From: Mobula hypostoma
Lineage: Eukaryota
Direction: 5' to 3'
Length of the DNA: 64,000 nucleotides
NCBI RefSeq assembly: GCF_963921235.1
Contig: NC_086097.1
Coordinates: 42,966,001 to 43,030,000 of the forward strand
Notes under the pieces: generated by a model
The model's database searches: none
What the model saw: only the letters and a program-made list of their open reading frames with translations
What the model was told of the DNA's origin: nothing
Shown: positions 12,711 through 23,459 of the stretch, piece after piece
Position numbering within the stretch: position 1 is the stretch's first letter
Layout: each line of letters starts with the position of its first letter
Translations under genes and position numbers: made by a program

Positions 12711-13645
12711 TCTCCCTTTCTCTTCACCATCTACACCTCGGACTTCAACTACTGCACAGAGCCTTGGCATCTTCAGAAGTTTTCGGATGACTCTGCCATG
12801 GTTGGGTGTATCAGCAAGGGAGATGCGGTCGAGTACAAGGCTACGGTAGGAAACTTTGTCACATGGTGTGAGCAAAATTATCTGCAGCTTAACGTGAAAA
12901 AGACTGAGGAGCTGGTGGTGGACCTGAGGAGAGCTAAGGTACCGGTGACCCCTGTTTTAATCCAGGGGGTCAGTGTGGACATGGTGGAGGATTACAGATA
13001 CCTGGGGATACGCATTGACAATAAACTGTACTGGTCAAAGAACACTGAGGCGGTCTACAAGAAGGGTCAGAGCCATCTCTATTTCCTGAGGAGACTGAGG
13101 TCCTTTAGCATCTGCCGGACGACGTTGAGGATGTTCTACGAGTCTGGTGGCCAGTGCTATCATGTTTGCTGTTGTGTGCTGGGGCAGCAGGCTGAGGGTA
13201 GTAGACACCAACAGAATCAACAAACTCATTCGTAAGGCCAGTGATGTTGTGGGGATGGAACTGGACTCTCTCACGGTGGTGTCTGAAAAGAGGATGCTGT
13301 CCAAGTTGCATGCCATCTTGGTCAATGTCTCCCATCCACTACATAATGTATTGGGTGGGCACAGGAGTACATTCAGCCAGAGACTCATTCCACCGCGATG
13401 CAACACAGAGCGTCATAGGAAGTCATTCCTGCCTGTGGCCGTCAAACTTTACAACTCCTCCCTTGGAGGGTCAGACACCCTGAGCCAATAGGCTGGTCCT
13501 GGACTTATTTCATAATTTACTGGCATAATTTACATATTACTATTAAACTATTTATGGTTCTATTACTATTTATTATTTATGGTGCAACTGTAACGAAAAC
13601 CAATTTCCCCTGGGATCCATAAAGTATGACTATGATTATGACTAT
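12711..13645 (+). mobile_element. Rex1/Babar LINE, 5'-truncated
   Basis: SPFLFTIYTSDF...LQKFSDDSAMVGCI...LQLNVKKTEELVVD...LYFLRRLRSF; one frameshift; (tatgac)n tail. Confidence 0.85.
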
Positions 13646-15051
13646 TATATTATACATTTAGGCTCTGCACCACAATTATATGGAAACAAGATCACTGATT
13701 CTGGCTGGTAATCAAGCTCTAAGTAACAACTTCTCCCTTCAAGTCGTTTACTTCAGATACAATGGATTGGTTAGACCCTGGCTCATCTCCCAGGAGGTAA
13801 AATCTGACAGAGCCTGGCACAAAGTAACTCAAGTTACGGAAAGGAAAATGATATACATGCAGATTGGCATATACTAAGCATTCAGCAGTTGTGCTCAATC
13901 TATAAAATTATTTCATGGCCAAACATTAATTTATCCCTAAGACTAACAAATAATTGTGTTACAACTTTACAGCTGTCATGGTCCTTTTTTGGACAGCTGT
14001 TCAAAGTAAGTTTATTATCAAAGTACATATCTGTCACCATATGAGATTAGATTTCTTGTGGGCACTTACAGGAAAGTAAATAAATACAACATGATTTATG
14101 AAAATCTATAAATAACAAAGACTGAAAAACAACCAATGAGTAAAAGACAAACCCTGCAAATAATAAAAAGGTAAATAAATAATATTGAGTTATAGAGTCC
14201 TTGAAAGTGAGTCTCTACTTATTCAGTAGGTCACCGTCAGTTTCCTGAAACTTCATCAAATAAACAAGTTTTAAATTGCTGATGTATACTTATTAGAATA
14301 TTCTAATACTTGTTTTCAGTTTAATAGTAACTTTTAGAATGTAATTTAGCACAAAAGATTTTTAAATTTTCAGTGCACTTTGAATTATCGAGATTTAGAT
14401 TAGAAAATATTGCACCAGGTACAAAATCCACCTTTAAAATTAGCTTCTGTCCAAGTGAACTAATCATTATACAGTTTCTACTATTTCATTCATTTGTAGA
14501 TCTTCAGTAAGGCCTCGAAATTAGGATACATCTTTTGGGTAGAAGTATACATGTTGAAAAGCCTTAAAATTTACTATCGTACTGGCACCCGATTGTAAAA
14601 TTGTTTTGTGTGTTTAAGGAACTAATTTAAAATCTATCTAACAATATGTTGAACTGCCTATAATAAATGGCTTCCTAAATAAATAGCACTTACCTATGAT
14701 TGGTTATGAAATGGTGATGGCCATTTATTGAAATTGTATTGTTTGATTGATTGAATAAAGATGATATGTGAGATGTTAATTTTCATAGATCTAGCATAGT
14801 TAATCTAGCATCTTTAGTGTCAAGAAAAATTCAACTACAAAACTTCTTCTAAAGCAGAAAAGGCTGCAAATATTATTTCTTAAAAAAAAATCTTTAGTTC
14901 AGAAAAGAGCACTTTAATTGGTCATGTGAAATCTATATTATGTACACAGCATATTTGTGCCACTTACAAGTTTCAGTGGTTTTTTTTATCATCAGCAGTA
15001 TTTTTAACTATTTTAAGTGTAATCTTAGGAAATATAATTTGTGCATCACAG

Positions 15052-15241
15052 ACAACACTCACAAAATGCTGGAGGAACCCAGCAGGCCAAGCAGCATCTG
15101 TGGAAAAGAGTACAGTCGACACTTCAGGCCAAAGCATTGACTGTACTCTTTTCATAGATGCTGCCTGGCCTGCTGAGTTCCTCCAGCATTTTGTGTGTGT
15201 TGCTCGGATCGCCAGCATCTGCAGATTTTCTCTTGTTTGTG
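15052..15241. mobile_element. PLE-derived foldback repeat
   Basis: About 65-nt inverted arms (15053-15117 / 15138-15203) plus the ccagcatctgcagattttctcttgtttg tail; same family as 4719-4932. Confidence 0.75.
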
Positions 15242-15426
15242 CATTAGAGTTTTTTTTAAAAACTAAAACCACAACAAACAAAGTATTTATATAGTTTAAA
15301 TAAGAAAAATGTTCACAATTAAAATAAATTGAAATTTTAAAGGAAAATGATTACACCAAGCTCACAAAAGTAAGGAGAGTTCTCAATAATCCACAAAAAA
15401 ACTTGAGCACAACTTCTAATATTTAA

Positions 15427-15432
15427 TTTATT
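15427..15432 (-). terminator. Candidate POLE2 polyadenylation signal
   Basis: AATAAA on - strand about 120 nt downstream of the TGA stop. Confidence 0.55.
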
Positions 15433-15553
15433 TAAAAAGTATCAATATAAATATATACAAATAAACATGAAATTATCAATATTATCTCTAGATGCTGATG
15501 TGCAAACATAGTTCTGCGGTGTCCATACTTTTCCAACCTCTTGGAATTCACAC

Positions 15554-15572
15554 TCAGATATTCTGAAGTTTA
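15554..15572 (-). CDS. POLE2: DNA polymerase epsilon subunit 2, exon 19
   Basis: ttttcag|T AAA CTT CAG AAT ATC TGA = (S)KLQNI*; human ends SKLQGF. Confidence 0.85.
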
Positions 15573-15639
15573 CTGAAAAGAAAGGAAAATTGTTTAGAAA
15601 AAAACAATAAAGTCATAAACACAAATTTCGGCCATGTTC

Positions 15640-15765
15640 CAAAATGCTGGAGGAACTCAGCAGCTTAGTCAGCATCCATGGAAATGAACGAACAGTCTTC
15701 TTCCTGAAGATGGGTCTCGCCCTGAAATGTTTGTTCATTTCTATGGAGCTGCCTGACCTGCTGAA
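15640..15765. mobile_element. Degenerate PLE-derived foldback repeat
   Basis: caaaatgctggaggaactcagc ... cctgaagatgggtctcgccctgaaatg ... ctgcctgacctgctga. Confidence 0.6.
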
Positions 15766-16940
15766 TAAAATCACAAGGTAAACAAGAGTATCATGATCTA
15801 TTCTTTGTTAGATCTATGGCTGTATCAAAATTGCAAAAACTGCAGAAGTATTGTTGCTGAATTGCGGACAGAACAAAAATTGCAGCAAATACATACTTTC
15901 TGTTAGTTGTGGTAATTTGCAGGTCAATAGGGAGGAAAATCCCCAAGAGGTGTTGGGGGTTGGAGGGGGGGGAGAGAGAGAGAAAACAGAAAGACAGACA
16001 GACAGACATGGGAAGCAGTTAAGAGAAGAGCTCGAGTCTCCTGGAGAGTGATTGCTGGTCATTCTCTAAAGTGTGTGGTCAGTGAGATGGGCGATACATT
16101 TTTCGACAGTTGTGGAAACCTGATATAATATGCTCCAGAATTTCACAATTTGAGTAGCATACTAAATGTAACTGTCAAAAATAATCAGTAGTCACAAATA
16201 TAATTACATTCAGTTATTTCAGATAACCACTTCCAATTACACAGAATTTTCTCCCCCATCCCCAATTCCCAAGCGTGACACAGGTTCCTCCATGTTGTTT
16301 CAAAGGCTTGTAGCCAGAGATCTTTATCACCTGGACATGCTGCACCTTCCCAGACGGTACAAGAAACTTGAGCATCAATACCGTGTGTAAATATGCGTGT
16401 AAAAAAGTGCTTAGATGTGGAGTTTATATTCCCAGCATAAAATACCATCTATTAGATTTTTTTCAGGTTGGCAGGAAAAGTCTACAACAGGAGAAGAGAT
16501 TGTAATCCCAGGAGAAACAGTCAGCCATTTAGGAGAAGGCGAAAGCTATTTCCTAACTCCGAGTTGGGAATGGTCAACCAATGAGTATATTTCAGACTAA
16601 CAAATTTTTGCACATTATGGGAGAGCACTGGATTATGGATACTGAGCAGGGCTCAGAAGTGAAGTTACAATTGAAGGTCAGACACAATAATAAAATGATG
16701 AAGACGGTTTATGAGGCCACTTGGACTAATCCTCTGATTGATTATGTAATAATTGTTTTTAACAACACATCACCGATCACAGCTAGGGATTACTGGGGTA
16801 GGAGACAAGACAATATCTTTCAAGACAGCAGCAGACCTGCCTTCGGAGAGGTACAAGGGCAGGAAGAGATGATGTAAAGCCCACTTTCTCTTAATATCCA
16901 GCAGCTGAATCCAAAGCAGACTCTATAAGCAGACTTACAG

Positions 16941-17485
16941 AGTTGCAGCTCTATAAAACTCTGGTTAGGCCACACTTGGAGTACTGTGTCCAGTTCTGGT
17001 CGCCTCACTATAGGAAGGATGTGGAAGCATTGGAAAGGGTACAGAGGAGATTTACCAGGATGCTGCCTGGTTTAGAAAGTATGCATTATAATCAGAGATT
17101 AAGGGAGCTAGGGCTTTGGAGAGAAGGAAGATGAGAGGAGACATGATAGAGGTGTACAAGATATTAAGAGGAATAGATAGAGTGGATAGCCAGCGCCTCT
17201 TCCCCAGGACACCACTGCTCAATACAAGAGGACATGGCTTTAAGGTAAGGGGTGGGAAGTTCAAAGGGGATATTAGAGGAAGGTTTTTTGCTCAGAGAGT
17301 GGTTGGTGTGTGGAATGCACTGCCTGAGTCAGTGGTGGAGGCAGATACACTAGTGAAATTTAAGAGACTACTAGACAGGTACATGGAGGAATTTAAGGTG
17401 GAGGGTTATATGGGAGGCAGGGTTTGAGGGTCAGCACAACATTGTGGGCCGAAGGGCCTGTAACATACTATTCTATGTTCTATGT
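16941..17485 (+). mobile_element. CR1 LINE 3' fragment
   Basis: LQLYKTLVRPHLEYCVQFWSPHYRKD...TRGHGFKV...QRVVGVWNALP; ttctatg tail. Confidence 0.9.
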
Positions 17486-17635
17486 TGACTCTCATTTGTA
17501 ATAAGCAAAATAATTTTCAGGTTTAAGTTTCGTATTCACAAATTCTTTTACATTAACTTTAAAAACCTTCTTGCACTATGTCCAATGTCACTAGGAAGAA
17601 ATACGAAAGAATATATTTAACAGTTTCTCTATTAC

Positions 17636-17703
17636 CTGTCCTCCACAGTTTTACTTGAGGGATAGTACACCTTGAAGCAGAAACCACTGCGTGGAAATGA
17701 GCC
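17636..17703 (-). CDS. POLE2: POLE2 exon 18
   Basis: [22 protein letters not shown]; cag/gtaat boundaries, 68 nt. Confidence 0.95.
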
Positions 17704-18308
17704 CTGAAAATAAATACACTTCCATGAAAGATGCACATTTATTAGTAAAACAATTGTCATTTAAGTTCGATTTTTAAGCACAAACTTAAAAAGAGGAAAC
17801 GATCCAGGAAATGTTTAATTTTAAACATTAAAAACTGTTTACTTGGGGTTTCATTATCCTCCTTACCAACCCTTTCCTTTGTTTTACGTCTTTCATCATA
17901 TTTACTTCCAGACAACTCAATGTAAACAAGGTGGTATGTCAATGACTCAACCTTTCATTTCCCAGAGTTTCTAAGCTCCTAAGCCCCACAAACCAACTGC
18001 TCAAATTATGCTGTTGTGATTGAAAATCTCACCGAAAAGAATGTTATCATTATGAACTAAAGATAACCATAAATAAAGGGGAAGGGAAATTAAGGAAGGA
18101 AACATGCATTATAAATCAGGACAAAATAGTTTTCTGTAAAATATTCATGCTCAAAAATTATTAAGACATTTTGCCAGTTATATCGAAACAAATTTTCACC
18201 TCATTAGAGAGAAATTTTAACATTTTTAAACAGTTCTTCTGACCAGTTAGACTTCCAGAATTTAATTCTGTGTAAAACATGGCAAGAATGTTACATAATG
18301 GTGCTTAC

Positions 18309-18485
18309 AGGATTGATAGAGATGCAGTCTGTATGGACAATGTTGAATGGATCATATTTGTCAGCAAATACAAGCAGGTCTGGTACTGGATACACACGAA
18401 GAGCATAATCATATGCCCAGTAGACTGGACTAACATACAGTGGCAGTGGTGTCAGATGGCTTTGTGCAACGATGGTCTTCACAAA
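18309..18485 (-). CDS. POLE2: POLE2 exon 17
   Basis: [47 protein letters not shown]...INP; 177 nt, tag/gtaagc. Confidence 0.97.
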
Positions 18486-19799
18486 CTACAAAGATAACAA
18501 TAAAGAGAGGGGTTAATTTTGTACTGTCCCAGAAAACTATTTTTTGTTATATTTTGACACAACTGCAGACCAAACATTTACAACTACAGTAGTACCAATT
18601 TTGTTCCTACAAATCAGTAATAAAATTGCAAAATGTTGAATGTCTTCAGCAGGGGAAAGCAAAACTAAGGCTACGGTTTGAGAAAATGAACTGGGGTAGA
18701 CATGTACACAGTGTGTGTACAATGTGTACATGATGTGCCTGTGGTGCTGCCGCAAGTTAAGCTTTCCTTTGTATTTGTACATACACAGACGTGTGCACAT
18801 GACAAGAAACCCGACTGGAGGAACCCTGCAGCAAGCAAATCACCTCTCAACTCCCCAAAGCCTGTCCGCCATCTATAAGGTTCAAGTCAAGAGTATGATG
18901 GAATACTGTCCACTTGGCTGGATGAGTGCAGCTTCAACACTCAAGAAACTCAAAACCATATAGGACATGGCAGTCTGTTTGATAGGCACCCATCCACAAA
19001 CACTAGCACCAATGCAGAGCAGTAGCAATTTGTACCATCTTCAGCAACTCGGCAAGACACATTAGCACCTTCCAAATCCATAACTTCTTCCACCAGAAGG
19101 ACAAGGGCAACAAAAAGCACAGGAACACCACCAGCTAGAAGGTGCCCTACAATTTCATGACTTGGAAATATATTGCTCCTCCTTCACAGTCACAGGGTCA
19201 AGATCCTGGAATTCTATCCATTGTGGGTATACCTACTCCTCAAAGATTGCAGCTCGCCATCAGCTTCTCAAGAATAACCAGGGATGGATGGTTACAAGTT
19301 GGCTCAGCCTGCACAACCCACATACCTTGAATGACTACTTTTGAAAAACTGATGGCTTTTCAATGGAACTTGGCAGAAGTACAATGACTCACCATAAGGA
19401 TCAAAGGAGAATAGAGGATGCAAGAAAACATTAATACAAAAACAGGAAATATGCTGATGCAAAAATTAAATTAGCTTTCTGCTCCAATGAATAATTTGAT
19501 TTCATTTAATACTTAAAACACCAGAAATTAAAATTGAAACAAAAATTACATTGGGTACATACTGTACTGTACACTAGTAAACCATATTCTAGTACATATA
19601 CAAGTACTATTGAAGAAAAAAAAGTTTCCCCACGTCTCTACTAAAGAAATCTTAACTAAGGAATCAAATACTCAATTCCTGATCTAGTATCCTTGTATAT
19701 CTTCTTTCAAACTTCTCCATGTTCTTAATTTCCTTTCATAATGCTGTCAACAAAAAGCATTATGTTACACCAAGTTGTCTAAGCAATTTCACTGACGAA

Positions 19800-20470
19800 G
19801 CTCATGTGTTTCAATTGTAGATGAAAGGGCATACAGGAGGAGGCCATGGACCAACACATTAGAATGGGAATGGGGACTGGAATTAAAATGATAGGAAATT
19901 CTGCTTGGTGCAGATGGAGCAAAGGTGCTTGACAAAGCGGTCCCCCAATCTACGTGGGTCTCATTAGTATAGAGGAGGCCACCTCCAGAGCACCAGACAC
20001 AGAAGACAACCTCAACAGATTGGTAGTGAAGTGTTGCCTCACCTGGAATGACTATTTGGGGCCGCAAATGGAGGTGATGGAGGAGGCAAATGGGCAGGTG
20101 TAGCACTTCTTCTGCCTGCAGTGATAAGTGCCAGGAGGGACAAATTAGACAAGGGAATCACTGAGAGGGCAATCCCCATAAAAAGCGGAGAGTGTGGGGG
20201 GAGATAAGGAAGGATGTGTTTAGTGGTAGGATTCCACTGATGATGTCAGAATGATGTGTTGAATGTGGAGTCTTATGATGGGCTGGTGGGTAAGGACAAA
20301 AGGAACTCTATCCCTATTAAGGCGACAGGAAGATGGGGTGAGGGTGGTTGTCTGGAAAATGGTGGAGATGCGTGAGGGCAGCATCGAAGGTGGAGGAAGG
20401 GAAAAGCTGTTCTTTGAATAAGAAGAGATGTTCTGGAAAGCCACATCCTGGTAACAGGTGCAGCAGAAAT
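19800..20470 (-). mobile_element. Penelope-like element, decayed GIY-YIG endonuclease region
   Basis: Minus strand reads a degenerate V.C..C..GLLY.(G)ET...LGDRFV..H motif and the 'NRDRVPFVLTH' segment. Confidence 0.65.
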
Positions 20471-20679
20471 CAAGGAACTGAGAAAAGGGAATGGCACCAG
20501 GTTAACACTGTCTGCACGGTGGTTTTCAAGAATTAAACATCTTGACTCTTTCAGTCGACTGCCCAAGGAAGAAGTACCAGTTTCCACAACGTAATCTATT
20601 TCAGAAAACATTGTGACAAATATAGTTCATTCAATTGCCGAGTATTACTACTGTCAGCAGGAAATGGAGCAAGTAATGA

Positions 20680-20983
20680 TTAAAGATTAGCTTTATTTGT
20701 CACATATATATTGGAACATCCAAACATACAAATGAAATGTGTCGTTTGCGTCACAACCACAGTCCAAGTGCGCTGGAGGCAGCCTGCAAGTGCCACCATG
20801 CTTCCAGTGCCAACAGAGTATGCCCACAACTTGTGTCTTTGGAAATTGGGAGGGAACTGGAGCACACAGAAGATACCCACTTGGTCATGGCGAGAACATA
20901 CAAAATGCTCACAGACAGCAGCGGGAATTGAACGCCAATCAATGGTGCTGTAGAGTGCTAAGCTAACAACTACACCACTGTGC
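20680..20983 (-). mobile_element. tRNA-derived V-SINE (HE1-like)
   Basis: tRNA-like head, V-domain-like centre (+ strand tctttgga..tgggagggaactggagcac...acatacaaa), LINE-type aataaagctaatct tail. Confidence 0.7.
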
Positions 20984-21076
20984 TTTGGGTCATGGGACTG
21001 AAAGGTCTGATTACAGTCATAACCAAAGACGATAAATACAATAAGCATTAAATCCATTTGAAAAGGATTAACTCAC

Positions 21077-21185
21077 ATGGTTTGGAATATCCAAATTACT
21101 GTTAGGAAATCGGATGCAATTTCTACACATCTTGTTAACCAGGTCCTCACGAAAAATTATAATCTCCTGTGTGCAGTACTGAATC
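21077..21185 (-). CDS. POLE2: POLE2 exon 16
   Basis: [36 protein letters not shown]; 109 nt, tag/gtgagt. Confidence 0.97.
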
Positions 21186-21290
21186 CTAAAAATGATTGAA
21201 ACATAGTAAGTCTGATTTTTTTCCCCGTGAAAAGCTATTGAACAAAAAGGCAAATAAACCGTAAAATTGTGATATATATAGAAAGTTTAC

Positions 21291-21368
21291 CTGCAGGGAT
21301 TGGTAGTAAATACAGAATATGGAACTTTCTTACTGAACTCTTCTGTAATGTAGTTAGCTAGTGGAGGT
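21291..21368 (-). CDS. POLE2: POLE2 exon 15
   Basis: PPLANYITEEFSKKVPYSVFTTNPC; 78 nt, aag/gtaaac. Confidence 0.95.
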
Positions 21369-21818
21369 CTTTAAAGAAATGAAGAGAAGCTATTAAAATA
21401 ATCCTTTATTGAGGGACTGAAGGCAATCATGTTTTACTGTGCATTCAATTCATCACCTTCAAGAGCATTTTAGAGATTAAGTAGAAAGGTGAATATATAA
21501 AAAAAACTATCTGGGCTATTTCAAGAATGGAAATAAAAAAGATAGAATGCCTTTCATGATTCTGCATACAAAATAGAACAAAAATGAAAGAAAGCCAAGG
21601 CGATGCTGGAAAGGCAAGATTAAGAATGAATTGTCACAGGAAAGTATACAGATGACTGAAACAACCATGCTGGTTGAGAACAGACAGCAATGCTATGAAT
21701 TCATTCAGTCCCATCATAACTGCTGAGCTAATGGATGGGTATTAAAAGCGGTAGCAAAACTGGGAACACCAAGAACTGTGGTGTCAGACCGAAAAAAATG
21801 TGAAAAACCAGTGATTAC

Positions 21819-21878
21819 CTGGGTAAGATAGAACTTGGACCTGGATCTTCCGGACCAGGGACAAAAACAAAGCGGCTG
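21819..21878 (-). CDS. POLE2: POLE2 exon 14
   Basis: [19 protein letters not shown]; 60 nt, cag/gtaatc, tandem CAGCAG acceptor. Confidence 0.95.
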
Positions 21879-22329
21879 CTGCAAATCGATAAAAGAAAAA
21901 TATTTAGATCTATTGCTAACTATAATATAAAAGACAATACGAATAATATTTTTAAAGATCTTCTAAAATATCCTTGATATTCAAATTGATGTGAAGTAGA
22001 ATATTCTACGTTTCGAAGAATGATAAAGAACCCCGAACTAAAAATTTTCATTAAAAATATCAAGAGTTCCATTATAATAAAAACAGAAAATGCTACAAAC
22101 AATCAGCAGGCAGCATCTACAGTACAAGATACAGTATAAGTATAATAGTTCAGGTTGAGGACCTTTCTTCAAAACCACACCTGAAGTGTTAACATTTTTT
22201 AATGTTTTCACAGCATTGGAGCCTATAGGGAGACCTTATAGAGGTTTTCAAAATTCTGAGAGGAATAGATGAGGTAGACTCTCATACAACAGAGCAAATG
22301 CTTTTAAGGTTAGACGGGGGTAAGTTTAA

Positions 22330-22612
22330 AGATCAGAATCAGGTTTAATATCACTGGCATATATTGTGAAATTTGTTAACATTGTACAGCACTGTGAATT
22401 ACAGTCAGACTGTAATTTGTAGTGCTGCACAAAGTTTACATTTATATTAAATAGTTAAATTAAACTAAGTAGTGCAAAAACTAGGAAATAAAGAAGTAGT
22501 GAGGTAGTGTTCATGAGTTCAATGACCATTCAGGAATCGGATAGCAGAGGGGAAGAAGCTGTTCCTGCATCGCTGAGTGTGTGCCTTCAGGCTTTGCACC
22601 TCCTTCCTGACA
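22330..22612 (-). mobile_element. Rex1/Babar LINE 3' end
   Basis: PSGRR...RNSFFPSAIRFLNG signature and ctgattctga tail. Confidence 0.7.
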
Positions 22613-22796
22613 GTTTGTCTTAAGTGGTGGGGTCACCTTTTTTAAAAAACAAAATGGTGTCTACAACAGGTTACTGGGGACAGCAGTGGAAGCAGGTAGT
22701 TTGTGGAGGTTAAGAAGCTTTTGGATTGACACACAAATATAAACAGAATGGAGGGATATGGATAACACACAAGACAAAGGCATTTGGTATAAACTG

Positions 22797-22970
22797 GCAA
22801 ACACCAGGAAATCTGCAGATGATGAAAATTCAAGCAACACACACAAAATGCTGGTGGAACGCAGCAGGCCAGGCAGCATCTATAGGAAGAGGTACAGTCG
22901 ATGTTTCGGGCCAAGACCCTTCGCCCTGACTGCCTGGCCTGCTGCGTTCCACCAGCAATTTGTCTGTGTT
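22797..22970. mobile_element. PLE-derived foldback repeat
   Basis: atgctggtggaacgcagcaggccaggcagc with inverted ctgcctggcctgctgcgttccaccagca. Confidence 0.7.
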
Positions 22971-23459
22971 AGTATAAACTAGCAGCAGGATTGGCACAAC
23001 GTTGAGGACAAATGCTCTATTCCAGAGCCGTATTTTTCGATGCTCTATTGAAGAACCAGAAGTCTGACCCAAGATCTCAACGAGTTTGAATTTATTTTCC
23101 TTAATACTATCAAGGTCCAAATCATTCTGTTCGACAAATACTTTACATTTTAACAAATACCTGCTATATGGCCAACTATTCACTCAGATTGAAACTCAAG
23201 ATATTGCACAAGTTAGCTGCCCTATCATTCTGACATGAAAACACTTACCTCTTTTTAATCCCAATCCTACTGTTGCTGTTACATCAACTTTTTTGTATTG
23301 TCAGTGCTTTCAGACCTGAACCCCATCCAAAAAAACTGCAACTTAGAATACCACTGATCCTATCCTACGATTTATCTTATTCATCATCCATATCATTGTC
23401 TTTCACTGGCTTGCCCACATGCCAAATTTAAGAATTTTCATTTCTCTTTATGAAGACTA

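Noticed and set aside
21061-21076. Second U12 donor (TAATCCTTTT) after POLE2 exon 16
   Set aside because: It lacks RTATCC at the boundary; the real donor is canonical GTGAGT
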